A stretch of 61,199 bases of DNA, filler included, from Platydemus manokwari (taxonomy: Eukaryota), in assembly GCA_037951405.1 (NCBI GenBank). It is 5 parts of 5 records of this genome, joined end to end, with 100 filler letters (N's around TTAATTAATTAA, not from the genome) between each part and the next. Parts side by side here need not be neighbours in the genome. Positions count along the whole stretch, not along the records: positions 1 to 19,611 come from JBBMOY011833611.1; positions 19,712 to 29,413 come from JBBMOY011215100.1; 3 more parts are not named here. The stretch is one strand, 5' to 3'. This document shows, in pieces, positions 13,401 through 26,176 of the stretch. How positions within the stretch are numbered: the first letter of the stretch is position 1; every line of letters begins with the position of its first letter. A program made the translations under genes and the position numbers. Under the pieces are notes generated by a model. The model had not been told where the DNA came from and searched no databases. It saw nothing but the letters and a program-made list of their open reading frames with translations.

Positions 13401-16400
13401 ATTGACTTTGTCATCAACAAAGAAAGCTTGATAAGACAAGAAATTTTACTCTAAAAGATAAAACTGCTTCCAATCACAATTGCATAAAACCTGAAGGAAT
13501 TAGATACCACTTGAATATTGCTTTTTCAACTAAATTATTTCTCATTGGAATGATTATCCTTCATTAATAAGTTTAATAATTGATATAACAAAAATAATTG
13601 ATATCCTCGACTGACTTTTTAACGAATACATCTAAGACTGATCTAATTACAATCTCAAGGGTTGATTAAATGAAAAAAACTCCTTATAAGAGTATGGTTG
13701 TGAATGAATCGATAGATTCTAATTAGTGATTTTCTTCAACAGCCATGCTTCTACAATCACATTTCTATTTTTTAGATTTTATTATCAAGGATAACTGATA
13801 ACAGATGTCATGAAAATATAACAAAATATTCAACAAAAATAACGAAAAAATAATGAAAAATATGACAAAAAAAATTATTTATAAGATATTTTAATTTTGA
13901 TGATTTTATTTGATTTACGATTTTATAGGATCTCTCTAATTGACAATGTTAATCGAGTTGAAACCAGTTCCATTAAAATCAAAATTATTTTATTTTAATA
14001 ATAATGGTGTCAGTCAAAACATTGATCTAGCTGTAACCGTATACAATCATTTTCCTTTCCAAAAAATGGTGGACATACATATTCAAATTCTTGATATGAT
14101 TAATAAGAACTTTCATAGATCAAGCACTTTCTGATTGGTTTTCTACAGTCATTGGAAATTCGATTATTCTTACTTATTGATCATATTAGGAAATTAATTG
14201 ATTTTTAAAATATAAAAAACTTTAATTAGTAATTTGACATGCTGTTTTGTACAAATATTATTCCAGTAACAAAATTAAATCAAAATATGATACAATATGA
14301 CACAAAAAACGCGCACAGAACACGAATATAAAAATCGATGTAAAGATGGACAACTGTCAGTTGGAAGCCAATTTTGGTTGATATTCTTTGCAGTGTAAGT
14401 TGTGTCAGTGTATTGATTTATACAAAGGGAAGTAATTGCCTTCGAATTTTAAGTCAAAGTTTAAATAATTGTTTAGAACTATTTGACATCACCATATCCA
14501 CGCACGAAACTTCTTAAAGTTTTTTGTCGTTGCGTTCCATGTCTTTGATGAAATCATCAACACATTTAATGTAATTTATAATTTGGCTACCAGTAATTCA
14601 AACAATATTCAATTCCATTTAGAATCTCTTGATTCGTCATACATACAGTTATAATGTACACTGGTATTTGGTATTCTACCGTGTTCATGTAATTTTATCG
14701 ATACAATTGTTGCTTAGATAATAAAAACAATCAAAATAACAACTGAAACAATGGAAATTACTTTCAAAGTGTCGATACACAGATTCCATAAGACCATGTG
14801 CCAATAACCTATCTACCACTTCTTATATATTAATACATATTTAGAATTTAATAATCAGTTATCGCACGCTAACAACAAGGAACAAACGACGTCAATGGCA
14901 CCAAAGATGTAAAAAAAATTCCTAACAGACCCATTTGTGAATGAAAAATGAAGCCTTGAGTCATCAAGTTAACTCAAGTGATAGGACTTTTAAAGAAAAT
15001 GGATCTGATGAGCATTTATCATTTTCTTGTTCGGTAACTATTATCTAAGCGTCATTTACTTGATATTTTAACAACTTATCTTTATACTTGTTATCCTTGT
15101 CTCTTTAGGAAACTGAACTCTACCTCGTATTAACTATTAATGTAATTATGATGGATGAGTGACATATTGGATATTGGTTGTTTGACAATTTGTTTCCTGT
15201 AAATTATTGCGATCTACAATTATAATTTTGATATTTCGCGTCAGTAAATATCACAATATAATCATCGTTGAATTACGAAAATCAATCCATTTCGAATATG
15301 ATAAACTTTCGAAGCTAATTTCAAACGGTCATCGTTAAGATACAAATAGAATGAAAATATGTGAAAACGAAATTCGCCAATCACTTTTAGCTAATAAAAT
15401 TTCAAGTGATTAAGAATAATTTATTATAATTTAAAACTGTCTGTCGGACAACCGCTCATTAATATTTTAAAATCGATATTAATATCATCTTGACAACTAT
15501 TATTATTAGTGTTAATATAATTATCATTGGTATTATAATTATTGTCGTCATTTTAACCATTATCACTAATATTACTATTTTTATTATCATTATCATTAAT
15601 ATGATATATTGATATTGATCAAAATATTGATATTTAATTCTTAAATAATAAAATATAATTAAATAATTAAACCTGATTTCTGTATTGATTTTTTGAATTC
15701 GTTTTCAATTTTTATTTAATGATACAGTGGGTTATAATATAATCATCAATTATTTGGATTCGAACCCAGATTTGATCATTACTAACATTTCTCACAGCCT
15801 TCTAGTTATTGTTGCAGCAATGTATTTACAACGTATTGTGTTATTGGCGATAATTTATTGCTTAAATCTTCTCAATGTGTCACATATTCATTTCAAAATT
15901 TTAATTCTCAAACCGTAATGGAAATTAATCTATTTTCAAACCATCATCCATCACAAAGCCGACATTAATGTCGGTGCTAATATCATTGTTAGAATAATTC
16001 AATTTTATTTTCTACACTCGATGTGCCTTTCAATAAAAAATAATTTATCGTTCATGTTGAAGACATGATATCGATTGTTTCGAAAAACTAATTTATAATA
16101 CAAATATTCTTTTTTATTTATTTACATTATTTATATATGTGTGAGTGCGTGTAAGTACCAATGTATTGAAAACACATTTCAATTCGTAACCTCCTATGTC
16201 AATGAACACATTGAAGCACAGTTATCATGGTTATACAATGTTTGAGATAACTTCTGTATTTTACCTTTATATATAGACTAAATATATGGTTATTTATCTC
16301 TTTCCTGGGTGGTTTAAACATTTCAGTGATTAGCGAATTAGATAGCCTGTCAGATTTAGAGAAATTTAGAACTTTTTGAACCGATATACAAGTATGAATT

Positions 16401-16894
16401 ATTATATATAATTAAATAAAAATACATTTAGAAATTAAATGGCATTCTCAGAGCCAAATAAACTTTAAAGATTGATTAGTTTGTATTATCGTGTTATATT
16501 TCCTTGAAAAATGTTATCATTTATCTGTTGTATTATATAATCATACTTCGTGAAAGAAGTCATTAACTAGAATCTATCGATTCATTTAAGACAATACACT
16601 TATAACGAGCTTTTTCTTTAGATGTATTCGTTAAAAAGTCAGTCAAGAACAGCAATTATTTGTGTTATATCGATTATTAAAACCGTCAATAAAATATATT
16701 CATTCCAATGAGATAGAATTTAGTTATATTAATCTTTTATTTTAGTCAGAATCTTATCATTCGATTTCACAAACAAGAAAATCAGTGGTCGATTAAGTGA
16801 ACTAAAAGAAAAAATTTCGGTACATATTGTTTGGGAACATCTTAAGGAATTATAAATTAAAAATATTCTTGATTGTTTATAGAGGGAGTTGATT

Positions 16895-17555
16895 ACCTAA
16901 TTTTTCAATTGACTTGTTTTGAAAGTCTCCATTGGCCAGTGACTGATTGAAATTGAAATTACTGGTCAAGAATTTGAATGATAATTCTGGAAAAATTCAC
17001 TTATCTTATCATTAAATGTGTTGGGTACAGACTCCAAATCTAGGATAATTAATTCTGCAAAAGAAACGTAAAGTTGATAAACAAAATAGCTACAAACCAC
17101 TCCACCTAAAAAATCAATTATCTGCCAGTATATATTCCAATAACAAAAAATTCTAAAAAACGGAGAACCTTACTGTCACTTGAAATCAATTGATAGATTC
17201 GCTTTAATTCATGTCTATACCGTCGAAATCAAGTGTAACAGCGCGATATTCCGTGAAGTGATAAAGCAACATTTTTCTAATTCATACACGTTTCGGACTG
17301 ATTGAAGACCATCTGAAGATTTTCTGTTAAAAATTCTAATTCTATCATAATAGAATCGTTTTCATAGCTTTAACCCAGTCTAACTAATCTATAAAAGTCA
17401 ATGATTAATTTAGTAAAAATCAGAAATCGCTTATGTGAATTTCAAAGTTAAGACCGCACCAGGTATCTGATTATCTTCAAAGTTTCTGAGCATTAATAAG
17501 GCTTCTCCAGGACAGAAGGGAAATTAGTAGAAAGCAAATTGATTTTTTTAGTATT
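16895..17555 (-). pseudogene. Decayed multi-exon gene of unknown family with a signal-peptide-like start
   Basis: The minus strand reads LKKSICFLLISLLSWRSLINAQ, then frameshifted NFEDNQIPGAVLTLKF, then exon-like blocks bounded by AG/GT with in-frame stops. Confidence 0.3.
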
Positions 17556-18250
17556 CTAGTATCCACCAATAATTACAAAAAACTACAAAATCATAGTTGT
17601 TTGCTTCATTTTTATTGTTTTATTTTACTGATTTAATTATATTCGTTCCTTTATTTGTTTGTGTTGATTTATTACCGGGATTTGACAGCAACCATAGATC
17701 TTGGAGTCAGTTCATAAAATAATTCATAAAATTCCAAACCATTCGAAACACAATAAATTATATAAATAAATAATTTTTTACGATTTAGTTTAATTTTTTA
17801 ATAAATATTTTTTAACCTTACGGTTTATAATTTATTAAAAATTCTTTACTCGTGGTGAATCATCGTTTATATCAAATATGTTGAATTATTTGAAACAAAC
17901 TTATATAGTTCAATCAAAATTTTGATATAAAATACTTTGTGTGTTGAACCACTTAAATCTATTTTCAATATATATTTAATAAAGTAAGAAGCCTTCATGA
18001 ACCAAGTGACTAAAAAAATTCTTTTTTATGATTGGCTTTTTTTATTCATTTTTGTAATACGTATGTAACGGAATAAATAAACGGTGTCTTAAATTATCAA
18101 AAATCGCTGAATCAATTTGATGTTTTTAATATCTGAAATTTGCTTATTACTTATTGCATATATCAGGGTTTATGGTCACTTAGAAATATATTCTTTTATT
18201 ATGAAAGCACACACATATTTATTTAGTATAAAAATGTAGGATAAAAGAAA

Positions 18251-18670
18251 GGGTTACATGTACCGAAAAGTAAACTAAAAATAAAACTTTATCAATAGAA
18301 GAAAGCTCTTCATATGAAAATATACATTGACCTTATTTATTTTGTTGTTATAATCATTGAATTTTCAAATCTAACGACATCACTTTCAGCACCAACATTT
18401 CGATTGGAAACCCTTTTGGAAAGACTATTATTTACCGAGATATCTAAAGCATTGAATTTCGTCAATCCTTAAATCTCATTTCTAAATTCATAGGCATCGA
18501 ATACACCATTAACATCGACATCGAAATCTCTGAATACACTCTAAACAAAGGTCGACCAAATAAGAAATTTAGTTAATCGTCCCTTTTAACCTTTCAAATT
18601 CGTAGATTCGTTAATTCTTCAAATTCCATTTTACCGGTATAGTCAAGCTTTTAGGAAGTAAAGAAATCGA
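18251..18670 (-). pseudogene. Inverted, intron-retaining duplicate of the last four calpain exons
   Basis: The reverse complement gives LDYTGKMEFEEL..LRI*K (TGG to TGA), [21 protein letters not shown] and ISVNNSLSKRVSNRNVGAESDVVRFE. These are colinear with 11797-12275, with similar introns, deletions and stops. Confidence 0.88.
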
Positions 18671-19019
18671 GCATTTTTGTGAATTCACTTAAATGTGTTA
18701 TCAATATTATTTATAAACCAAATGATAAATATAATTCACCATTCATGACTTTTTTCAAATATTTCTGAACTCTTTCAAGATTACCATCAATCAATATCTT
18801 CTTAATACAGAGCATAAAGGAATCCACATTGTCATGTAAAACTCTTTATGCTAATATTAATTCACAAATTTGAAAACCAATACTCTTCGAAAGTGCTTCA
18901 ATTTTAAATAAATATAACGAAAGGAACATTCATACAAGTCACCGATATCGTAGAACAAAATGAAAAATTCAACTGAAATTTTCATGAAAGTTCTTAGTAG
19001 TTCTGTCATTTAAAAATAT

Positions 19020-19420
19020 TTACACAAGACACTGATGGAGACAAAATAAATTACAGATTTTCTTATATTTCTCCCGTTTTCCGTGATACTTTTTTCTAAA
19101 ATCAATTATTCGTTGCATGGGCGTTATAAGTATTTTTCCTTCAAAACTTATTTCCGCAAGTATCGATGGGGATCTTCTAGTCATTTTAATTTCGGTCTGT
19201 GAACTCAGCATCCCCAAATATTAACTTCTCTATAATTTCCTCTATATATTTTTCTTAAGAATGATATTCTAATTTTTATATAATCTATTATTGATTCTTA
19301 TTCCTCAGTCGGAATACTATGAAATAAATTTATTTTTTTGAATTGCTATAAGCAACTTGATTTTCCATGGATTCCTTCACTACCGTGTTGATACGATGAC
19401 TCTTGTTGCTGAGACCTTCT
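19020..19420 (-). mobile_element. Possible decayed LTR-retrotransposon integrase core
   Basis: Weak remnants resembling 'IxSDxGxEFEN' and 'SPxELxFG', with many disruptions. Confidence 0.3.
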
Positions 19421-19489
19421 AATTCTATTATCAAACTTAGTACGATTTCAAAAAAGAAATTATAATTACAACACGATATCAATGAATAA

Positions 19490-19611
19490 TAAATATATTA
19501 ATGATATTAATAATGATAATATTAGTAATAATAATGATAATAATATTAATAATAATGATTAGAATAACAATAATAATAAATATATCAATAATAAGGATAG
19601 TAACGATGATA
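19490..19611 (+). repeat. Degenerate (AAT)n low-complexity tract at a contig end
   Basis: Repeated AAT/GAT/TAT triplets running into the gap. Confidence 0.8.
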
Positions 19612-19711
19612 NNNNNNNNNNNNNNNNNNNNNNNNNNNNNNNNNNNNNNNNNNNNTTAATTAATTAANNNNNNNNNNNNNNNNNNNNNNNNNNNNNNNNN
19701 NNNNNNNNNNN
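19612..19711. other. Artificial contig linker
   Basis: 44 N + TTAATTAATTAA (stop codons in all six frames) + 44 N. Confidence 0.97.
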
Positions 19712-19983
19712 CTTCTAATATTAAAAAATGTGTCTTTCCTAATTTTCGATAAATTTTAATGTGAGATAATTTGATTCGTTTTTACAATAATCAAATTTTA
19801 GGAAATTTTGAACTTGTAATGAATTTAATATTTGATTTCAAACAACTAAAATTCTTCTTAAGTATTTAACTAAAAAATTCAAAATGTTTTTAAATAATAT
19901 AATTAAATAAACTATATAGATTTTAGCAATACACTGCACAAATTTAAAATTATATTTTAAGACTCCTTTTCTTAACTTAGGTC
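19712..19983. mobile_element. Right half of an 8-bp-TSD MITE, truncated by the gap
   Basis: Matches ~35230-35504 (TTTGATTTCAAACAACTAAAATTC...AACTATATAGATTTT) and ends GACTCCTTTTCTTAACTTAGGTC. Confidence 0.85.
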
Positions 19984-22900
19984 TATTTTTTCTTATGCGA
20001 TAATCTATTTTAAACATAATATATTCTTCATATTTCTTGGTGTGTAAATATTTATCGTCCTTTCTTTGACTTGATATTACAGCAACAAAAAACCTCTGGT
20101 TTTAATATTATATGACGTATATTTACAAGTTACATTTATATATGTTAATAGCAATTTATTTAATTGCATTTTCAAGAGTTTTGTTTAATTTTCAATACAT
20201 CTATTGAATTATATTTGAAAAACCAGTCAAATGTTTTTTTAAGGGATTAATTTTGGAAAAATTAAAAGGAATATTTTAAAAATATAAACAGTAATTAATC
20301 GAAAACTCTTTCTGTATTTTTTCTCACAATTGTTTACAATAATAACTTGTTGTATCTCAGTTTGTTTACTCGAATTTTAAATAATTAACCAATAAATAAT
20401 AAAACGGATACAAATTTAATCAACGATATTGGATGAACTGAAGATTGTAGTTTTTCAAACAGTTCCAGTCATGAGAGATGAAAGATTAAGGAAATGTACA
20501 TAATATCTAAGTTAATTAAATCCTTAATTTTCATTGGTATAAAAATTAAAATTTATTATTATTATTTTATGCTGCAATTTAACTCAATTAATATCATATC
20601 GTTTAATATTGGTTGATATCAAATATCACCTTGGTAATAGTAAAATTAAAATTAAATTTTTGGTTAAAGACAAGGTACGAGTCATAGAAAAATAAAGAAA
20701 ATACACACAATAATAAAATAAAAACGAAAGAATAATAAATAAATAAATAAATAAACAATAAAAAAACTAATAAAAAATAGTAAAATCTAAAAATAGAAAA
20801 TAGTAATTATCAAAACTAAAAATAGAATTAAAAAATACTAATAACAGATAATAAATAATTAAAGAGAAATGAAGAAATAAAATGAATATAAATAGCAGTG
20901 TATAAAATGGAAAGGCATCCACCATTTTGTGACAAGAAAAATCATTAGTCGATGTAGTAGAAGACATGACATTGTTGAGTGGAAAAAATCAATTTACATA
21001 CAATTCTTTTACAGAAGATAGAACTCAATTGATTTGCACACCGATTGGAACCCTATAAAAAGACTTTCTTATTTCACCTGACGCGAAAGAAAATCATTTG
21101 ATTAAAATCTGATTAATAGAGATTTTTACAACTAGAATCAGTTACAAAAATTCTGATTCCCCAATCTAGAAACCGAAGTAATTATTTTGCTGTTAATTGC
21201 TTTTAATAATTTTAATGCCATTTATTTAATTATCCTTTAACTTCGATCCACATAAAGATTCACATTAAATAAATAAATTGAACGATAAATTTCATAAAGT
21301 TACGGACAGTTTCTGGTTTCAAAGACTTTAGATCCATTCACCATGCGAATATTTTCCCAAGAGACTTTCGAACCTTACAAAAATCTCATTGTCCTAGACT
21401 AACGAAAAAACAATAGCAGTAAAATTAATGAAATTATTAAAAAAACAATGATTATTTGTTTATAATATTTATTTATTCGTGATATGTTTATTTCAATCAT
21501 ATATTTGCTAATTGTATTTAGAACTGTAATTTTACTTGATTCGTTATTGTCGATTAGTGAGGAATAATCAATTATATTTTATTGAATTATCGAATTATTT
21601 ATTATAATACTTGATTGTAAATATAAATTACAAACTCCTGTCTTAGTTTTACATCAATCTTTGTAGTCAGACTGAAATTAGCGTTTGACATAACATTACA
21701 TTTTAATAAAAACATAATATGATTTTATTGTAAATCTGACAATACAAATCCCAGTATTACCTTAGCCTAATCGAAAATTTCCTTCATCATTTACTATAAA
21801 CTACTAACAATAAAATTAATTCCAAACTACATCGTTTCATATCACAAACATTAAAAAAATTTGTTCTTGATAATAAAAAAACATTACTGTAGTTTACAAA
21901 TAGAGACGATTACAGTCCTCGGTAAAAACATCTAAATATATTTCAGCTTTTGTTTACACAATTCTGTTTGCTAACCCAAACCGATTTCCTATTTGTGGTT
22001 AAATTTAATAACACGTCTCATAACGGAATTATAGATTTAAGCTCATTTTCGTCAGTTTTTATTGTTTTATGATAAACTCGATTAAAATATCAATACACGA
22101 TTAATATCACTATTTATCGTGAAAGATGTAAGGTTATATCGATCGAGTTCAACGGGTCTTCAATTTTAAAATTACTTATCTACTGTGTAGGGGCTATGAT
22201 GGCTTGCTAATTGAGCCAACAATAATTTTAAAGGCTCGTTAACCTATGAACCCCCTTAGTTTTTTTCACTTATCGGTATCGAATAGGACCTCGAATTCAC
22301 AATTTTATAATCCACACATTTTATAATCAAAATCTCGACTATATCGCTTAACATCATCAGTATGAATGCATATCTTGTATCAGAAAATCCACAAGTCATA
22401 ATGTTCTTAAATTTGACTTTAATCCTTGATTTCGTCTCGTGTTTACCGGGAATTTAATAGAATCGATAATATTATTAATGGTTATTGTGAGGAATTATAA
22501 TGACTTGAAATTTTGAAAAACCTACTAGAAATGGGAAGTAAAAACATAAGTTTTGCTGTCAAATGAAATTCAAAGACAAATATCAAACCTGGAGTTGATT
22601 CTCCTTTGCACATTATATGAAAAGCAAAACATATACCCTGCACACGCACATTGAAAGAAGTTCATTGAAAAGAAATTCAAAATGAAAACATAAAATAAAT
22701 TTTGAGAGACAAAAATTAATTTCTAAAGATACATGCGAAAAATTTGATACAGTAGTCGCCATCTGTCCAATCTCAACGATTTAGTGCATGGCGATAAATT
22801 TACCGTGTGTTTCATAAGCTATTTTAAACAAAATTTTTCACATCATCCTGCACACTTTGAAGTCAATTTTTTGCCATATAGGAAACCGTCAGTTGAAAAT

Positions 22901-25045
22901 TGCATAATTTTTCAAAGCCAATGTTATTGAAAAAATGTCGATGGAAATTATTCTGGAAATAATTTCGTTCTCTACAAAACTAAACTTTCTTCTTCCTAAC
23001 TGATTATCACAATAAGTTGTGTGCTGATTTTTATTAACTTTATATTTAGACAAAATAAATTTTTAATTCCTTTTCCGACCAGAACAGGTTTTTTTTAACT
23101 AAATGAGAAATGAGAAAATAACTTCGGAAGAGATTGTGAAATTATTAAAAATGAAATGAAAAATTAATAACGTAACTAGGATCTCTAAATCGATAATAAA
23201 CATTTCACAAGCATTCCACTGACATATCTAACCCTATCGATTTCATGGAGTCACAAATTTTGTTTTGTTGTACCTCGCACACATACACGGAATTGTTCAT
23301 TGCTTAATGTTATTAATGAAAATTCACCAATTTTAAGATGATGTAAATTAGCACGACTTGTGCCATTATCGATTATGATTAATGCTTATTGGAATTTCAT
23401 CAAAAGCTGATTATTTAAAAAAAAATTTACTCTCAGTTGTATTTTAAAATTCTAAAAACATCGGAATTTTTTGAAAAATAAATTCTTATTTTTTATGATA
23501 AAACAAGGGGGAAAATCAACAGATATATATCTATTCGATATCGATTGTAAATTACTTAATTAATTCTCCAGATTTTCCAAACAAAAACAAATTCGAAAAT
23601 GGTAATTTCCATTTCGGTTCAGTAATTAAATTTATGCAGAAAATAATTCGACTTCATAAGGATTGTTGGAAAATTCTTCGTGAAAATGCCAATTCTCATT
23701 TTAGCGGATGAGCTGATATCATTACAACCCATGAAACAAATTGGAAACTCATTAAAAGGCAATTTAATATGACAAAGGGGATTGTAAAATGTCTACACAG
23801 TTACAGAAGTACAAATTCTGCTGACATGCCAACACATCTACACAAATCTTATGACACACACTCAAGCGCGTGGTCAGTAAATCAATACAAAATATTGTAG
23901 ATATGGTACACTATTTTATACGTTCCGGCATTTCTATTAATGAAATGGTTTTAATCTCGACATTGAAAATCATCAGAAATCAAAATAACTCCTCTTTTGA
24001 CAAAGACAGACATTAATAGGAAATTATTATTTTCTTGTAAATCAATTTCACTATAACTTCTAGACAATAGCTGTTCGATGAAAATAAATCGACAATTTAA
24101 AATCACATTTCGTACTATTCAACGATAAGACGAAGAAGCGAAAATTAGATTTCACATTTTTGCATCGGTTTTTCTCCATCAATTGATAATAGCGAGCGCA
24201 AATCAATGACAAACGTACTAATAAAATTCCCAATCCAATAATTATCGAAAACGAAAACCAACGAGAAAAAACGATGCGATAAATAATTCAATAAATAATT
24301 TTCATATTATTTATATGACAAAATAGAATTCAGATTTTCTCTGACTTACACGAATGAAACTGTGAGGAAAATTTTGCAATTGCATCTCAGAAGAAAAGAC
24401 AAAAATAATTCTCAAATGTCTATTAATTATATATCTCCGAGAAAACCGTAATAATTATGGCGTATTCACATCACGAACAACCAGTAATTATTATTTCATG
24501 CCTAGATTGAGGAAGTAAAAATACACAGCAATTAATATTCGTACCTTCAACTTAATCCCCAAACGTCAATGATCATCATTGATTTTTACACACGAACAAG
24601 AATCCTAATATGATTTAATTATTCATTCAATTTTTTTCGAATCAATAATCGATACAAATAAATATTCACCATTCCAATTTCAATTTTTTTGCCACGTTAG
24701 ATATTCAAATTTTATATTTTAAAATATCACTAATCAATATACAATAAAATGTGATTGCAACAAAACTAAAATCGGTTCGAATAAAAAATCATTCGGTCAC
24801 AGTTTTTTTTTTTGGATATCAAACGAATTTTTATTATTAAGTTTTACTACACAAAGGTCACTAATGATAGATAAATTTCCCTCTAAAATAATCAATAGAC
24901 ATAATATTTTCAACCAGAAAAGATAAATCATCAAATATCAATAATATTGATTTTCTTACAGGTTCAAAGTGGCAATAAGTCGATATTTTCAAATGTCATC
25001 ACAAACAATCGAGCAACGAAAAACGGCTTATATCATCAATAAGCT

Positions 25046-26176
25046 TTATCTTCTCAGTTCGGGCATCTTTTGCAAACTGCCGAAAATTCCTTTCAGCTGA
25101 TCTTCGTAATTTGAAATGCTTCTTTGCATTATGTCTAAGCATGGTCCGAGCAATCTTTCGAAGCTACTCACATCTAAAACGGCTAATTTGGTTTTTTCCA
25201 AACAATAAACCGAAGCAGCTCGAGGATGTTTCGTCAGCAATGCCAATTCACCGAAATATCCCCCCGGGCCAATGCGAGTCACTTCAGCTTCATTATCACT
25301 ACCAGATTCTCTAACTGTAATTCGTACCGATCCCTCTTCTATGAAATACATTTCCAGACCTGGATCACCTTGTTTGATGATAGTGGTATTCGGTTCATAA
25401 ATCTTGGTCAATAAAGCATCGGCAATGTTCATCCTTTCATATGGACTGAGCTCCTTCAATAATGGCACATTTTCCAAAAGAGCTTCATATTTGAGACGTT
25501 TTTGAAATGCTTTTTTCAAAACAATCGATCGAAATGTTTCCCTAGTCATCGCCCAAACTACTCCTTCATTGACGGCTACAATTGTCGCTGCTCGAGGAGT
25601 ATTGTACATGAGCGCCAATTCTCCAAACGATCCACCACCATCGTATTTACCAACTTTAGTATCCACTCCATTGATTTTAACGATTATATCATAAAGTCCA
25701 GATTCGATTACGTAGAAATTATCTCCATCTTCTCCTTGGACAATGACTTTCTCGCCTTGAACCACTCGCCTCTCAAACATGGCATCGATCACATCTACCA
25801 TTTGGTCTTCATCCAGACACCGAAATAAAAGAATATTTTGTACTGCTAAATTTAATCGTGATCTCTGTTCTGCTGTTTTCGGATAGACAATTCGTTCTTG
25901 ATTCGGATCGTCCTCTTTTTCCGGATCAAAACTTTCGGCCGCTACACCTCGTCGACGACCTTGCGGCCTGGGCATAGCTGGTAATTCTTCCATTTGATCA
26001 TCGTTATCGCTCTCTGATTCTAAATGGGCTGATTGCAATTGCTCGGATTTCTTGGTTTTAAAATAATCGATTCCGAATTGAATTATATCATCGGGATTGT
26101 CTCTAAGAACACAGACCGTGAAATCTTGCAACAATTCCTTGAATCCCGGTGGAATAATAACTTCACGTTTTGGCAT
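25046..26176 (-). CDS. PRKAR2: cAMP-dependent protein kinase regulatory subunit, type II-like, 376 aa, intronless CDS
   Basis: RII-type D/D domain IPPGFKELLQDFTVCVLRDNPDDIIQFGIDYF. Inhibitor site RRRGVAAE. Two cNMP-binding domains with phosphate-binding cassettes FGELALMYNTPRAAT and FGELALLTKHPRAAS. Confidence 0.96.
   Translation of the reverse strand: MPKREVIIPPGFKELLQDFTVCVLRDNPDDIIQFGIDYFKTKKSEQLQSAHLESESDNDDQMEELPAMPRPQGRRRGVAAESFDPEKEDDPNQERIVYPKTAEQRSRLNLAVQNILLFRCLDEDQMVDVIDAMFERRVVQGEKVIVQGEDGDNFYVIESGLYDIIVKINGVDTKVGKYDGGGSFGELALMYNTPRAATIVAVNEGVVWAMTRETFRSIVLKKAFQKRLKYEALLENVPLLKELSPYERMNIADALLTKIYEPNTTIIKQGDPGLEMYFIEEGSVRITVRESGSDNEAEVTRIGPGGYFGELALLTKHPRAASVYCLEKTKLAVLDVSSFERLLGPCLDIMQRSISNYEDQLKGIFGSLQKMPELRR

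Noticed and set aside
15959-15974. Perfect 16-bp palindrome CCGACATTAATGTCGG as a possible Helitron 3' hairpin
   Set aside because: The spacing to CTRR is wrong and there is no second copy in the window.
19656-19667. TTAATTAATTAA repeated four times, as a possible regulatory or CRISPR-like repeat
   Set aside because: It is always centred in exactly 44+44 Ns, so it is a synthetic linker.
25111-25828. Plus-strand ORFs overlapping PKA-R (also 9268-9528 and the short ORFs within 47109-47513)
   Set aside because: They are shadow frames of real coding sequence with no independent features.
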